Shown: one piece after another, positions 20,107 to 31,938 of the stretch | Position numbering within the stretch: position 1 is the stretch's first letter | Layout: every line of letters begins with the position of its first letter | Assembly: GCA_047285535.1 (NCBI GenBank) | Contig: JBJBDC010000001.1 | Location: 1,280,136-1,344,135, forward strand | Source: Synechococcus sp. | Lineage (GTDB): Bacteria; Cyanobacteriota; Cyanobacteriia; PCC-6307; Cyanobiaceae | Reading direction: 5' to 3' | DNA length: 64,000 nt | Position numbers and translations under genes: made by a program | The notes under the pieces: model-generated | Database searches by the model: none | What the model was told of the DNA's origin: nothing | The model's input: only the letters and a program-made list of their open reading frames with translations

Positions 20107-21189
20107 ATGGGAGATCACCCACTGTTCCAAGACCTACATTTTTTCCAAAGCAACCTCGGAATTGTGATCGGCACAATCGCCCTGATTGCTCTTTGGTTGG
20201 TCCTGAGCCTGTTAATCCGCCATGGACACCGAGGAACAGCCCTATTGGCTACAGCCATTCGACGTCCTCTAACACTAGGACTAAGTGCAGCACTATATCT
20301 TGGCTGGCTGACCAGATATTTAGCCCAATACAGCGATAGGGCTGACGTTTCTGCAAGCCTCATGATTTCAGCAACGATAACAATCATCTCCATCGGGTGG
20401 GCGGTGATTCGTTTGGGACAAACCGTGCTGCGATCAAACCGCTTCAAGACGTGGCTGAGGCTCGATGATCCCAAAGACGAGGCAATGCTGATTACATTGC
20501 TGGATCGTGTTTACACCATTGTGGTGATTGTCATCACCACTGCAGCACTGATGGTCACCTTTGGTGTGTCCAGCACAGCAGTAGCAACACTTTTGGGGGG
20601 TGCCGGCATTGGGATCGGTTTTGGGACCCAGCAGATTTCCCAGAACTTTCTCTCAGGATTCATGCTCTTCTTTAATCGACCATTCAAGGAAGGAGACTGG
20701 ATTAGCACCTCAGGGTTAGAGGGAACTGTTGAAAGTATCGGCTGGTACCACACACGCCTACGCACATTTGATCGCCGCCCTTTATATATACCCAACGCAG
20801 TGTTCGCAACTAGCCCGATCGAAAATCCTGGTCAAATGTACAACCGCCGCATCAAGGCAAGTCTCAGTCTGCGCTACGAGGATATTCCAAGAGTAGGCGA
20901 AATCACAGGTAAAATCCGAACAATGTTAGAACAACATCCTGATATCGACGAAAATCAAATCATTTTGGTCAACTTTAATCAGTGGGATTCTTCTTCGATC
21001 AATGTGATGGTCTACTGCTTTACACGTACAACAAACTGGAAACTCTGGCTGGATCAACAACAAGAGATATTTCTAAAAATGGCTGACATCGTACAGAGCA
21101 GCGGTGCCGACTTTGCTTTCCCATCTACCACCTTTTATCCAGCCCCTAATTCAAAAGAAAAAGAAGTCAATCCATTCAACATAAGCTGA
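20107..21189 (+). CDS. mscS: Small-conductance mechanosensitive channel (MscS family)
   Basis: GGAGIGIGFG..Q..SQNFLSG, RPFKEGDWI, GTVESIG, IPN, FAFPS. Confidence 0.92.
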   Translation: MGDHPLFQDLHFFQSNLGIVIGTIALIALWLVLSLLIRHGHRGTALLATAIRRPLTLGLSAALYLGWLTRYLAQYSDRADVSASLMISATITIISIGWAVIRLGQTVLRSNRFKTWLRLDDPKDEAMLITLLDRVYTIVVIVITTAALMVTFGVSSTAVATLLGGAGIGIGFGTQQISQNFLSGFMLFFNRPFKEGDWISTSGLEGTVESIGWYHTRLRTFDRRPLYIPNAVFATSPIENPGQMYNRRIKASLSLRYEDIPRVGEITGKIRTMLEQHPDIDENQIILVNFNQWDSSSINVMVYCFTRTTNWKLWLDQQQEIFLKMADIVQSSGADFAFPSTTFYPAPNSKEKEVNPFNIS

Positions 21190-22255
21190 TAAAGTAAAGC
21201 CAATTATTCAAACCAATATCAAATGGACGAGCATAATAGCGCGAGCAAAAACTAACGAACTTGAAATTTAGCCAACCAGCAAAGGGACATCATTGATGCA
21301 AACAATTGCGATGCACCGCTCCAATTGCAGATTCAAACCAACAGCAAACCATCAAAAAACAATTAAAGCCTTTAAGCGCACTGCATTAAACCCAGTAGCC
21401 AGCTAGTTACTTTGAAACACAAAAACCAGACAGTATTTCTCAAAAGGATAGAGCTGGTAGATCACCTCAATTAGCTTGACCCTTAAATGGGAAATTATTC
21501 AGCACAACCGATCACGATTGTCTCTACATCCAAAGAGAACCGGCAAACATATGGCCTGAACAATTGATTACCAACCTGCTCACATGCAATTTGTCATTAC
21601 TTTCATCTTCGAGACCAAACACGCATCAAGATCAGAAGGAACGGCATTATCACCTGCGTCGATCTTTGACTTGAAATAGATGCAAGTTGTGCCAAAGAAT
21701 GATGAGGGAAAGTCGAAGCGATACTTCCCAGATGCGCTGTCAGAGAAGAGGTTGTCTTATTCGCTCCTTCGCGTGACTGGCTAAAACAATACTTCAAAAT
21801 AAAGGCCGAGCCATGAATAACCTAGAGCTTCAAGTGAAAAAGAAACGCTACGGTCACGGGCAAGGCCTAGAAGCTTGGCCTGAAGAGACACCCTATCAAT
21901 GTTCCCTTGGCAAGGATGCCAGAGCATTCGGACCTAAGGAGGCAAAATGCCTCTCCTCATAAACTTGTATTTTTCATTACAGAGTGCATGGCCCATCCTG
22001 ATGAAAGCGACATTCAATCCTCGCCGTCAGTTAATTCATTACAGCTGGTGAGAGCCAATTGAGCCAGCTTGGGCGAATCACCATCAAGAGGTGTGTTGTA
22101 GGTCGTGATGTATTTGAGGGAGAAAGTCCTCATACATTGTGCACTTCACGAGAATGACGAATGCTCCTTGCTGATCAACCATAAAGCCAGTTAAAATTTA
22201 ATTTATCCTGGAACTTCTTTTTGAGCTTTACTAACCAAGCCTGCAACATGCATGA

Positions 22256-23032
22256 ATGAAACACATTGATCTGAACGGTGGGCTCGTCATGGTGACTGGT
22301 GGAGCGGGATCGATCGGAAGCGCCATTGCAATCGAGTGCGCCCGCGCAGGTGCAGCGGTTGCTGTTTGTGACATCAATGGCTCAGCAGCTGAAGATGTTG
22401 CCGTTGACATCCAACGCAATGGAGGGAAAGCTGCTGGCTACAAAATGGATGTGCGCAACCGTGAGGATGTCTGCGACGTCACAGCTAAGGCGATCGAATT
22501 TCTAGGGCCTTTACGAGGTCTCGTGACGGCTGCAGGGGTACTGCGAACAGATCCGATCGAAACCCAGGATGGGGAGCATTGGCGGGCGGTGATGGCAGTC
22601 AATGTTGATGGCACCATGCACGCTGTGCAAGCGGCAATTCCGCATCTGGAGGCCAACGAAGGTGCGATCGTCACATTAGGCAGCGTTTCAGCATTCATTG
22701 GATCGAATGATGGCGGGGCTTACACCACCTCGAAAGGAGCTGTTCTAAGTTTCACTTACGCAGCAGCGGGAGAACTTGCAAGTCGAGGTATTCGAGTCAA
22801 CAATGTCGCTCCTGGATGGGTGGATGGTGGTTTCACGCATCAAGCTCTAGCAACTAGCAACAAACCAGAGGAGCTCCGTTTACGCGCCAACCAACTCCAC
22901 CCTCTTGGTCGAATGGCCAAACCTATTGATGTGGCTAATGCTGTGGTATGGCTGCTGTCCGATCAGGCGAGCTTTGTTACTGGATCAATGCTGCTGGTCG
23001 ATGGTGGTTTCATGATCCAACACAGCGCATAG
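22256..23032 (+). CDS. Short-chain dehydrogenase/reductase
   Basis: TGGAGSIG, YTTSK (YxxxK), IRVNNVAPG, VDGG. Confidence 0.92.
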   Translation: MKHIDLNGGLVMVTGGAGSIGSAIAIECARAGAAVAVCDINGSAAEDVAVDIQRNGGKAAGYKMDVRNREDVCDVTAKAIEFLGPLRGLVTAAGVLRTDPIETQDGEHWRAVMAVNVDGTMHAVQAAIPHLEANEGAIVTLGSVSAFIGSNDGGAYTTSKGAVLSFTYAAAGELASRGIRVNNVAPGWVDGGFTHQALATSNKPEELRLRANQLHPLGRMAKPIDVANAVVWLLSDQASFVTGSMLLVDGGFMIQHSA

Positions 23033-23092
23033 ACAAAACCAAGAAGAGTTGCCCTGATTAATAATAGTCCCCAGTAAATCTCAGAAACCTGA

Positions 23093-23440
23093 GTGGCAAA
23101 ACAAAATCTAACCAATCTAGATTTCATGAATTTCTTCAACACCACGAAACAGTCATTCAGAAATAGGGCAACTGACCACTGTGAAGACACATCGTTAGCA
23201 GACAAAGATCTATCTCCCTTGAAAAAAAGGGAAAGATTTGCAATACTCTTCGTCCTACCCCTATTGCTTGTATTGCTTTCCTGTGAAGACTGGACGAACA
23301 AAAGCAAACGGACTTGTGCATTAGTTACTGCAGGCCAGATTAATGATGCAGAAGCAATGAAACGCTTAAAAATGCAAAAAATAGAAGGCAAATGGAGTGA
23401 TGAAGTCACTGTTTCCAACTACTGCCATTACTACCAGTAG
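23093..23440 (+). CDS. Hypothetical, possible lipoprotein
   Basis: Hydrophobic stretch ending VLLSC; start uncertain. Confidence 0.4.
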   Translation: MAKQNLTNLDFMNFFNTTKQSFRNRATDHCEDTSLADKDLSPLKKRERFAILFVLPLLLVLLSCEDWTNKSKRTCALVTAGQINDAEAMKRLKMQKIEGKWSDEVTVSNYCHYYQ

Positions 23441-23461
23441 ACTTTTCAAAAGGCGCAAATC

Positions 23462-23788
23462 ATGAGTCAAGCAGTGCGCAACCTATCCGTACCCATTTTA
23501 ATCGTCGTAGTTTTTTCTGCGATAATGCTTAATCAGAGAAACTTAAGAATAAACAGCTTTAAGAATGGAGCTGCTTGCATTTTAGGAGGAGTAAATTCAT
23601 ACCCAGCAAAAGGAAGCTGGACAGAAAAATGCGACAACTATTTCAACTACAAGATAAAAAATCTAAAGGCGGAACTAGACAATAATCCAGAAACTGGATT
23701 AACAAGAAACGAAAGAGCCAAACTAATCAGGCAAATAAATACGCTGAATTCACTCAAAAAAAATGGTGCGTTCCCAGAACAGGAATAA
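23462..23788 (+). CDS. Hypothetical membrane-anchored protein
   Basis: N-terminal TM, Cys pair. Confidence 0.45.
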   Translation: MSQAVRNLSVPILIVVVFSAIMLNQRNLRINSFKNGAACILGGVNSYPAKGSWTEKCDNYFNYKIKNLKAELDNNPETGLTRNERAKLIRQINTLNSLKKNGAFPEQE

Positions 23789-24681
23789 CAATCAAGCAAT
23801 CACAAATAATTGAATAATGATCACAAGGAAACAAGACGCATGAAGCACCATGCCCCAATAAGCCCAGAAACTGACCTGAAAAGCTTTCTACAAGACATTT
23901 GTTTCGAGCATGATAATCATTGAGTTGTTCTTATTTCATACCACTCAAAACCACCGAAATCAAGAGACTAAAGCTTTGCAGCAATCCGCGAAAAAGACTT
24001 CACAGAAAAGGATAAAAAACGATAATGCAAACTATAACTATGCCTGGGAATAGTTCTCACAATCTCTCTGATTAACTCAGGACAACCAGAATGAGAGAAG
24101 AGTTCAAACATCAATAAAGTGGAAGAGCCACCTCTACCTGCCGATAACCTCACAACGAGACCGTAAGTAGATTGACAGCAGATAAATAAATAACAGAAGA
24201 TAGATTTTATCTAGGCCATCTGAGGAAAGCCTAATGAGAAGTGACAGCACACAGGGTTAACAACCCACGGACTAACATGGCCCTATACATGATTGAGGTT
24301 GATTCACACCTACTTAGCAGTTGGAGAGGCAACGTCTAGTGAAGAGAGAATATCAAACAGCGAATGACTCATCCGATCGAAGCAAAAAGAAAGTTTCAAC
24401 TACTTAAGTAAAGAGCTAAAAGCTCAAAGACAGGATGAGATTCACTTTGAACAAGAAGCAAAGAGTTTCAATGGTTCATCCTGTAGTCAAACAGAAAATA
24501 TAGAAAAAAAGCATGAAGAGCAGCTTTTTCCAAGTCAAAAGGAATGCAGCTTGTTTGACAGGGTGTGGGGATGAAGGTGCTGATTGCCACAGTCGATTCG
24601 AGCGTAGGGTCATAACAGTCCCAATAGCCATTGCGAAAAAAAGGACATGGGGTAAAAAGAGCCAAGTAATGGACTTGAGAT

Positions 24682-25365
24682 GTGTTTGTAACCACTTTTG
24701 GCCAAAAAGGAGGCGTTGCCAAAACTTGCACGAGTATTCATCTTGCTGCGCACTGGGCAGCAAGTGGGCGTTCGGTTGTCCTCGTTGATTCAGATCGAAA
24801 TCGATCAGCTACAGCCTATGCAGCAAGAGGCCATCTCCCTTTTGACGTCGTGCCGATGGAAGCAGCTGCCAAAGCAACAAGAAAGGCGGAGATTGTGGTA
24901 ACGGACGGACAAGCCAGTAGCAATGAGGAGGAGCTGAAAAATTTAGTGGAGGGATCTGATTTAATTATTCTCCCCACCACACCACAAAGCAGATCAATAG
25001 AATTGACCATTGAAATGTCATCTATGCTCAACAAATTTGACATCCCGTATGCGGCACTAATCGTTAAGGCTGACGCTCGAAAGAAGTCGTCTATTCAAGC
25101 CTCAAGAAATACATTAAGTGGGTTTAATATCAAAGTTCTTAATTCGGAAATTCCACTATTAAATGCCTTTGAGAATGCTGAAGCTGAGGGTGTCACTGTG
25201 GACAAAGCTGTCACAAAGAGCGGACGTTCTGATAAGAGAAGGATGTTGGGTCTTTTTGCCTATTCAAAAGCTTGTACGGAGATCGAACTGTTAATGCCTA
25301 GACCAAAAATCATCCCCATGCCCATCGGCTGGAACGTTTCCCGTATTGAAGATAGAGTGGCTTAA
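24682..25365 (+). CDS. ParA-family ATPase (orphan)
   Basis: Deviant Walker A GQKGGVAKT, LVDSDRNRS. Confidence 0.88.
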   Translation: MFVTTFGQKGGVAKTCTSIHLAAHWAASGRSVVLVDSDRNRSATAYAARGHLPFDVVPMEAAAKATRKAEIVVTDGQASSNEEELKNLVEGSDLIILPTTPQSRSIELTIEMSSMLNKFDIPYAALIVKADARKKSSIQASRNTLSGFNIKVLNSEIPLLNAFENAEAEGVTVDKAVTKSGRSDKRRMLGLFAYSKACTEIELLMPRPKIIPMPIGWNVSRIEDRVA

Positions 25366-26083
25366 TTGAAGCAACCTGGTTTGAACAAAGTGACGACAGC
25401 CCAGTCCTAAACTGGGTAATATACTGTTTACTGAAGTACCGATGCTGATAGTATTGTTGAGATCTTTGGCATGATTAAAGCAAGCAATAAAGATATATTC
25501 GATTCAATCCTGCGTTTTAAAGGCCTCAAGCCCAGTGCTAGAAAGCGCACAGAGAATCAAGCAGGAATTAGTCGAGACTCAAGAAGACTGGCTGAAATCT
25601 GCTTCAATTGAATGTACCCACTGTAGAGAAAGAGATTGTAAGCAACCATCGTCCGGCATGGACATCGATGAGGAGTGGACTGAGATTCAAAAAAACAGGA
25701 GCACCGCTCCGATTGCCCATCAACTTGCAGCCAGCTATATGGAGAGGCGATTCTTACTCCAATATTGATTTACAACGAAACCGCATCAAGAGTTCAACGC
25801 GCCACTTAACAACCAGCCCGTAGCGCAGAGCTAGTGCAGATCTTGTGCACTAGCATAAAATCTTCTTACGATGCCGTAAAGAGCACACTCTAAAAACCCT
25901 AAAAACCAGAACAGGCTACAAGGCAACAATCAAAAAAAATGGATCTCAACTAAATCTCAAAAGAAGACAAAGTGCCCCTGAAGGGATCAACGAGATCAAC
26001 TGTTATTAATGTTACCCTCTAACAAATTTTCGGCAAATACTTTTTTCTTAGAGATATCATTTAAGTCAAGCCACTTGTAACAT

Positions 26084-26374
26084 CTAGACGACAAACGGTT
26101 TTCCAAGGCTGGACCTGATACCCATAAAGTAGGACTCAATAGCCCAATCCATCGCTTCACCTTTCTTTGAGCAGGGGTTCTGAGCTACAAATTCTTGCCT
26201 CAACAGCCAAATTTCATTCCATTGATTTCTAGCTTCATCTTTACTGAAGGGCTGTCCGTAAAGGCCATGAGCATTCATCTGAAGAAACCTGTTCGGATCC
26301 TTTAAATACTCATTCACTCGGTCCTCCCTTAAATGAGGGATCCATGAGTATTTGCGGTGATTTATTTCAGGCAC
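26084..26374 (-). CDS. Hypothetical protein
   Basis: 96-aa ORF with protein-like composition. Confidence 0.45.
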   Translation of the reverse strand: MPEINHRKYSWIPHLREDRVNEYLKDPNRFLQMNAHGLYGQPFSKDEARNQWNEIWLLRQEFVAQNPCSKKGEAMDWAIESYFMGIRSSLGKPFVV

Positions 26375-27122
26375 TACTAACCGACTTCCAATTAATTACC
26401 GAAAAACGAAAATAACTACTGAGCCATGCTCAAGAAATTGAGTTAAGAAAGAGGATAGTTTGACAACAATCAACTCAATAATTATGGCCAATTCCTACCA
26501 AACTTTTGGCAAAAACCATCTACAACACTAAAACTTCTAGCAGATCAGAGCATGGAATTACATTGCCTTTCCAAGTCAGATCTAATCCGATAACACTTGC
26601 TCGATGACAGCAGAATGATACAGACGACATGACCAACACCCCCACGAACACGAACCCAGGAAGTTCAGATTCCAGGCATTTCCTCCTGATGTGAAACTGA
26701 CGGGATTTCAAACTAATACATACTTTGTATGACCATATTTATCATCAGGAAAACTTCTATCGTCGAAGAAGAAACAGATGCTTATGGCAGAAGACTCACA
26801 AAAGATTTTAGATCCGGCCTGGTTCAAGATAGGTAGCTGATTGCTGTGGCAAGGAGACTCAAGTTGCAACGCGCTTCTGAGAGTTGCTCTGAACCAAAAC
26901 AAGAGGTCTACCCATCCCTTGCAATCACAGAGATATTAATCTCACTAGCCACACACGAATCAATTCGAGGCTATTTGTGGGCTTCAGCTCGATGAATTGA
27001 AAGTCCCCCACAACACCAGAGAGAAGAGAGTTGCAGACGACTGAGATTTGACCTTGCCCTCCGATTAGATCTTCAGAGAAGCGCGACTCCTGCACACAAC
27101 CAGGTTATCTGATCGCAAGGCA

Positions 27123-27386
27123 TTGGAGTGCTGGTTGGTGAATTTCCGGCAAAAGGTCTGCCTGCACGACAGCCCCATAAGCACTGAGATGCACGTAAAG
27201 AGCATGGCACCGAAGAGCGTGATTGAAGCTGGAATGAAAGGCCGTTCAACAGTGATCACCATTCTTGTTGATCGTCGAGGTGAAAATAAGTATGTATCCC
27301 TACGGACACAGAAGACCTCAAACGCTTGTATGGGCTTGGGTAAAGAATGCCTTGGGGGGACATTCTTACGTAGAACGGTCAGTTGA
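27123..27386 (+). CDS. Hypothetical protein
   Basis: 87-aa ORF, no family recognised. Confidence 0.4.
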   Translation: MECWLVNFRQKVCLHDSPISTEMHVKSMAPKSVIEAGMKGRSTVITILVDRRGENKYVSLRTQKTSNACMGLGKECLGGTFLRRTVS

Positions 27387-27897
27387 GAAGACGACCGTTC
27401 TTTTTTATTGATCAAGAATGTAACCCGCACATAGATCTATCTGCGAGCAGTCTTGCTTAAGCAGAAGACTCTAACTTTCCATACTTACGGAGTTGATGCA
27501 ATTCTTGGTGATGCAGTTTTCCCACAAGAAATACATGCTTAGTTCGCTGTATTGATCGCATGTCATCAACAACGTTCCGTGGCAACTTATACTTCATTTT
27601 TAGACTTGGTAAAATCTGATTGATTAACAGGTCTGACTTGATTAGCCCACAATCGGACTTTGTATATCAACCAACTTTCAACCGATATAAAATTGATGCT
27701 GCAGCTCTACTCTCTCTAAGACGACCGGAGAAACCGGCAAAAGTTCGCCCAGCATTTCCATCTATTCATACCAAACTAACAGAAAAAGGACTGATTCGTC
27801 AATCCAATTTGCAATCTCCCTTGGCCATATTAAACCAATTGAGGATGCACTGGAATGGATTGCATCTTGTAGCAAAGACTCATTTCTTTGATAATGA

Positions 27898-28074
27898 TTA
27901 GAGTCCCTTCTGCTGTCGTATCACCCAGGCTGAAGCTGCTTGCTGTTGCTTCCATGCCACAAGTAATTTTTTGGCAATGGATTGCAACTCTTCAACATCT
28001 TTTGAGCGATCAATCTCTCGTGAAAATTTCTCAATTTCAAACATCTGTCCGACAGTCAAAGCAATTGGATCCAT
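27898..28074 (-). CDS. nblA: NblA-like phycobilisome degradation adaptor
   Basis: 58 aa MDPIALTVGQMFEIEKFSREID...LLVAWKQQQAASAWVIRQQKGL resembles the NblA L(S/T)xxQxF helix-loop-helix pattern. Confidence 0.6.
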   Translation of the reverse strand: MDPIALTVGQMFEIEKFSREIDRSKDVEELQSIAKKLLVAWKQQQAASAWVIRQQKGL

Positions 28075-28272
28075 TGGTCTTTTTGCTTGGCCAACAAAAA
28101 ATAACTCTTTCGTCCAATCAACGCAAATCAATCAAGTAGTTGTTGCAACCGATTTAACGGTTTTATGCTCAAGTCACTACATTCGTCTTGTTACAGATTA
28201 ATGCCGAACAACCCTGATGACGTTGATCGGCACCGTTTATCACCCTAAAAAGCATTGTGCCAACAAGTTTTA

Positions 28273-28461
28273 ATGCACTTATCCTGGGAGCAACATCTGG
28301 AACTTTCAAAAAAAGTATCAGACACTGCAGACAGCAACAAAGGTATCGCCCTTGCGCTTATGGGCATTGGCTTATCGATGCTGTCTAAGGATCTTTTGGC
28401 TGAAGAATTACAAGAAAATCAAGCTGCGAGCATCCACCAAATCAATCCTTATCAGTGCTGA
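28273..28461 (+). CDS. Small hypothetical protein
   Basis: 62-aa ORF with a central hydrophobic helix. Confidence 0.5.
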   Translation: MHLSWEQHLELSKKVSDTADSNKGIALALMGIGLSMLSKDLLAEELQENQAASIHQINPYQC

Positions 28462-28716
28462 CTTAAATGGTGATCATCCTGTCATCAGCTCTGGCGGCCC
28501 GAAAGAGATCAAATTCAGGAGCATCGAGTCCTGCTTGATAGTCGTCAGAAAACCAAAGCCCCTCCATGTTCGGTGCTGTGAGTGCTCGGCTTTCATGCGG
28601 TCTCACTAGACCGTTTGCGCTGCCTAGACATCGACAGCTGACACGTTCTAATTGCAAAAGAGTATCAACAACAATTAGCCTCCTTGCTGAACAGAATCAC
28701 TGCAAAGAATACAGCT

Positions 28717-28735
28717 ATTGATTGTGATTCTCAAC
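28717..28735. promoter_or_regulatory. Fur-box-like site upstream of ferritin
   Basis: ATTGATTGTGATTCTCAAC, imperfect 19-bp AT-rich inverted repeat ~90 bp before the ATG. Confidence 0.5.
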
Positions 28736-28827
28736 AGCAAATCTTGTCTTGATAATGTTCGGTTCATTCTCCTTACATCGTCGAAAAAATGTAATAGAAC
28801 GGAGGAGTCCTCGTTTCGGACACCCTC

Positions 28828-29409
28828 ATGACTCAATCCACAACCCAAGCCAAGATCAGCATCGCCACCGGACCTGCTGGTCGTGCCATGGCAGAAGCCA
28901 TGTCACCGGAGATGGTCAGCCAGCTCCAGGCCCATCTCAATCTGGAACGGCAATCCTCTGCTGACTATTTCGCTGCAGCCGTCTGGTTTGCAGAGCGCGA
29001 ACTCACTGGTTTTGCTGAACATCTGCGTGATGAAGCCAAGCAGGAGCAGGAGCATGCCGCAAAATTCGCCGACTATCTGATCTCCCGGGGTCAAACCGTT
29101 GAACTCGATACGATCGAAGCACCTCGCCAGACATGGCCCGATCCAGAAGAGGTGATCGCCAACGTTTTCAAGATGGAAGCGGATGTCACCAGTTCTGTGC
29201 TGCAGCTGTATGCCACAGCAGAGCGCGATGTTGATCAACGCACAACGGTTTTCCTTGATCCCGTTGTTGATGATCAGCGAGCCTCAGAACATGAAGCCGC
29301 TTACCTGCTGGGCCGGGTGAAGTATGCCAATGGTGAGCGTGCGGCGATGATGATCATTGACGCCGAACTCAGAGAAGATGAAGCGGAACCCGCAACGCTT
29401 CAGGGTTAA
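28828..29409 (+). CDS. ftn: Non-heme ferritin
   Basis: LERQSSADY, EAKQEQEHA (ExxH), MEADV, FLDPVVDDQRASE ferroxidase pattern. Confidence 0.92.
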   Translation: MTQSTTQAKISIATGPAGRAMAEAMSPEMVSQLQAHLNLERQSSADYFAAAVWFAERELTGFAEHLRDEAKQEQEHAAKFADYLISRGQTVELDTIEAPRQTWPDPEEVIANVFKMEADVTSSVLQLYATAERDVDQRTTVFLDPVVDDQRASEHEAAYLLGRVKYANGERAAMMIIDAELREDEAEPATLQG

Positions 29410-29460
29410 GACTCAGTTCAAGCTTCTTGAACGATGCGTTTTCAATGTGGTCTGAATACG

Positions 29461-29485
29461 GCATGGCCTCAAGTTGAGGCCATGC
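29461..29485. terminator. Perfect hairpin downstream of ftn
   Basis: GCATGGCCTCA-AGT-TGAGGCCATGC; no clear U-tract. Confidence 0.55.
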
Positions 29486-30263
29486 GGAAATAACCACCAT
29501 GCTCTTTTTTAGTGCAGATCTGCAAGCAATGCTGAAACGGACGAGTAGAAACCTTCTATGCCCCTAGAGCAGGATTTCACCCGAATACATGGTTTTCGAC
29601 TGAAGAGTGAATCTACAGCTAGCCAACCCGTAGGAAGCAAGAGCTTACGCAGGACTAAATTCTTGACCGTTGGAAGAATGGCCTCGCCCTCACCACTCAA
29701 CTTGTTGACACTCTCCAAGATCAACCACTCCTCAACCCCACCAAACCCAACGTCATCAGTGCCTGATGATTGAGACCCTGCTAACGGCTTCGCATTGCCT
29801 GTGAGAACTCCATTACACCAGAGAGGCCATCTGGTTGGCCTGCTTGCAATAACAGCTTCACGACCTTCGATCCACCGGGATGCAGCTCTCTAGATCCCTT
29901 GATGCAAAGAAGAGGGGTGTGCCCGACTGAGGATTTCAAGACTTGCAGATGCCCGTGATAGCAGCGGCAATCGAGTAGGTCCACCAAAGATTGAACCTCT
30001 TACTGACGGCTGACTTATCGCTTCATCCATCGATCGATGAACAGCTTTAAACTGCCATCACCGATGAACTCGATCAGCGCAGATACCTACAGCGTCTGCA
30101 ATATCCCACCCGAATCCGTTGTGTCAAACGATTCCCTAGATCTCCTCGACCTTTTTGATAAGTAACTCACTAGCTGATTAGGGACCATCGCATTGGCGGT
30201 GGACTTTGAAGGAGAAACGAGCGCAGCCTTCAGCAAGGCAACAAGCCTTAGCAGCTTGCTTGT

Positions 30264-30605
30264 TCACGAATCAAATTTTCTTTTGAAGTAGTTGATTGCG
30301 ATTTCTTCTGGCTTAAAACCTTCCAATACAAGCGCAGCAAGCTCTAACAGCCATGACCTCCTCATCCGTTTCTGATATTGATGTCCATCAATCGAGCAAG
30401 GAAACAGCACGTCATAGCCCCTATGTCCAAGGGGAGTCTTTTCTTCTCTTCTCTTGATCTGGTACCCCGCTTCCTGAAGAATGTTGCGGGACAGCTCGTA
30501 TGGGGTGACACACCGCTGAGCTGCCAACCGTTGAACCCTGCCAATGGCCAACCGTGTCTGATTGGAATCAACACTGCTCTGATCAGAACTGGCGACAAAG
30601 TTCAT
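30264..30605 (-). CDS. Hypothetical protein
   Basis: Protein-like ORF; likely start MNFVASS. Confidence 0.5.
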   Translation of the reverse strand: MNFVASSDQSSVDSNQTRLAIGRVQRLAAQRCVTPYELSRNILQEAGYQIKRREEKTPLGHRGYDVLFPCSIDGHQYQKRMRRSWLLELAALVLEGFKPEEIAINYFKRKFDS

Positions 30606-31302
30606 CAGCAGAAAACGATCTGTCTCACTAAGTCTGCATTGATCCAACCGACACTGCATTGCTGGATTGCTGCATTGATGATTTTTATTAGCAGCGATGC
30701 ATTTCTCAGGGCTGATGATGCGCTAAGAATCACTGCTGCTATTGACGGCGAACAATCCAGACCAATCACAACTGAGTCATACAAAGCTGTTAATTGGCAG
30801 CACTACTGGAGAGGCAGGCAGCACCTCCAGCACATCACCGAAGGGTTGAAGAAGTTGAACTACCGCCCATAACTACTACCAAACGGATCTGGGATGGATC
30901 CTGGAAGATGTTTCAACTGATCAGCGGGAGGGCCCCTAAGGCATCAAGTAGTGGACTGGACTTTGTAAGCGTTCCCATTCGGATGGGAAGCGATAACAAA
31001 CTGCGTCAAAGACAGAGCACATTCAGGACAGATCTTAGTGAGGATCAAGGCTTTCAGGATTGCACAGGGTCATTTGTGTGGCATGGTCTGCTCCTTTCCG
31101 ATCATCAGGTCCACCTCATGGGCTTGCTGGTCATGATCCGCACCATCTGCGCTTTCGCTGCTGGTTTCACTCTGGCGGCATGGATTGGCTTTGATGTCAG
31201 CCCTAGCTATGTCGATAAGGACCGCATCCTTCGTGAACCTTTCGCCTTAATCCCGCTGGGTGCTGCGAACGTTGTCATCACCCTTGGCACTGGCGCTTTT
31301 CT

Positions 31303-31716
31303 ATGAATCCAACGAGCACGTCAATGATCCGTACCACACTCATCACTGCAGCACTACTCACCACATCGACTCCAAATTCAGCATTGGCGTCAGAAAACCC
31401 TGAGCCTTGTCTTCAAAAGCCAGTTGTAATGGTGGTTGATGGAGTCACCAATGATCGTCAGCAGATGGCGATTTACGGGCAAGCACTAAAAGAATCGGGA
31501 CTCCACCAACACGCTGGCTCTTATTACATGAACGATCCACGACCGATACGCATTCTTGAAGGGAACCGAGACCAGAATCATGTGACATTGCTGATCAATT
31601 TCCCTTCAGAATGTGCAGCGCTTGACTTCTGGAATTCTCCGATTTACAAGCAAAAAATCCTGCCTCTTAGAAAAAATGCCGGCGATTACACGATTGAACT
31701 CTATCGACTCCTTTGA
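31303..31716 (+). CDS. Secreted DUF1330-like protein
   Basis: Signal peptide; ILEG, LINFPS..AALDFWNSPIY...LPLR. Confidence 0.75.
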   Translation: MNPTSTSMIRTTLITAALLTTSTPNSALASENPEPCLQKPVVMVVDGVTNDRQQMAIYGQALKESGLHQHAGSYYMNDPRPIRILEGNRDQNHVTLLINFPSECAALDFWNSPIYKQKILPLRKNAGDYTIELYRLL

Positions 31717-31938
31717 CAGGATCCGCATCACACTGAGGACATCATCCTTCAAGAGAATATCAGCCCATTTGATTGCATGAATGAGCGAATCAAAGGGTCA
31801 TGGCACAAGGGTCATGGCACATTGGTGTCATGCGTCCTCGTCTATTCGAGCGCTTAACCACACCCTCCTGTTCGGTTTTAGGTATTCCCTCCGCGTGAAC
31901 AACCGATCTAAATCAGAGGTATTCCTGCAAAGTCCATC

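Noticed and set aside
28136..28149. NtcA site GTA-N8-AAC upstream of the nblA-like gene
   Set aside because: Imperfect, and no -10 box at the expected spacing
31793..31820. 14-bp tandem duplication AAGGGTCATGGCAC x2
   Set aside because: Real but most simply a local slippage event; no function evident
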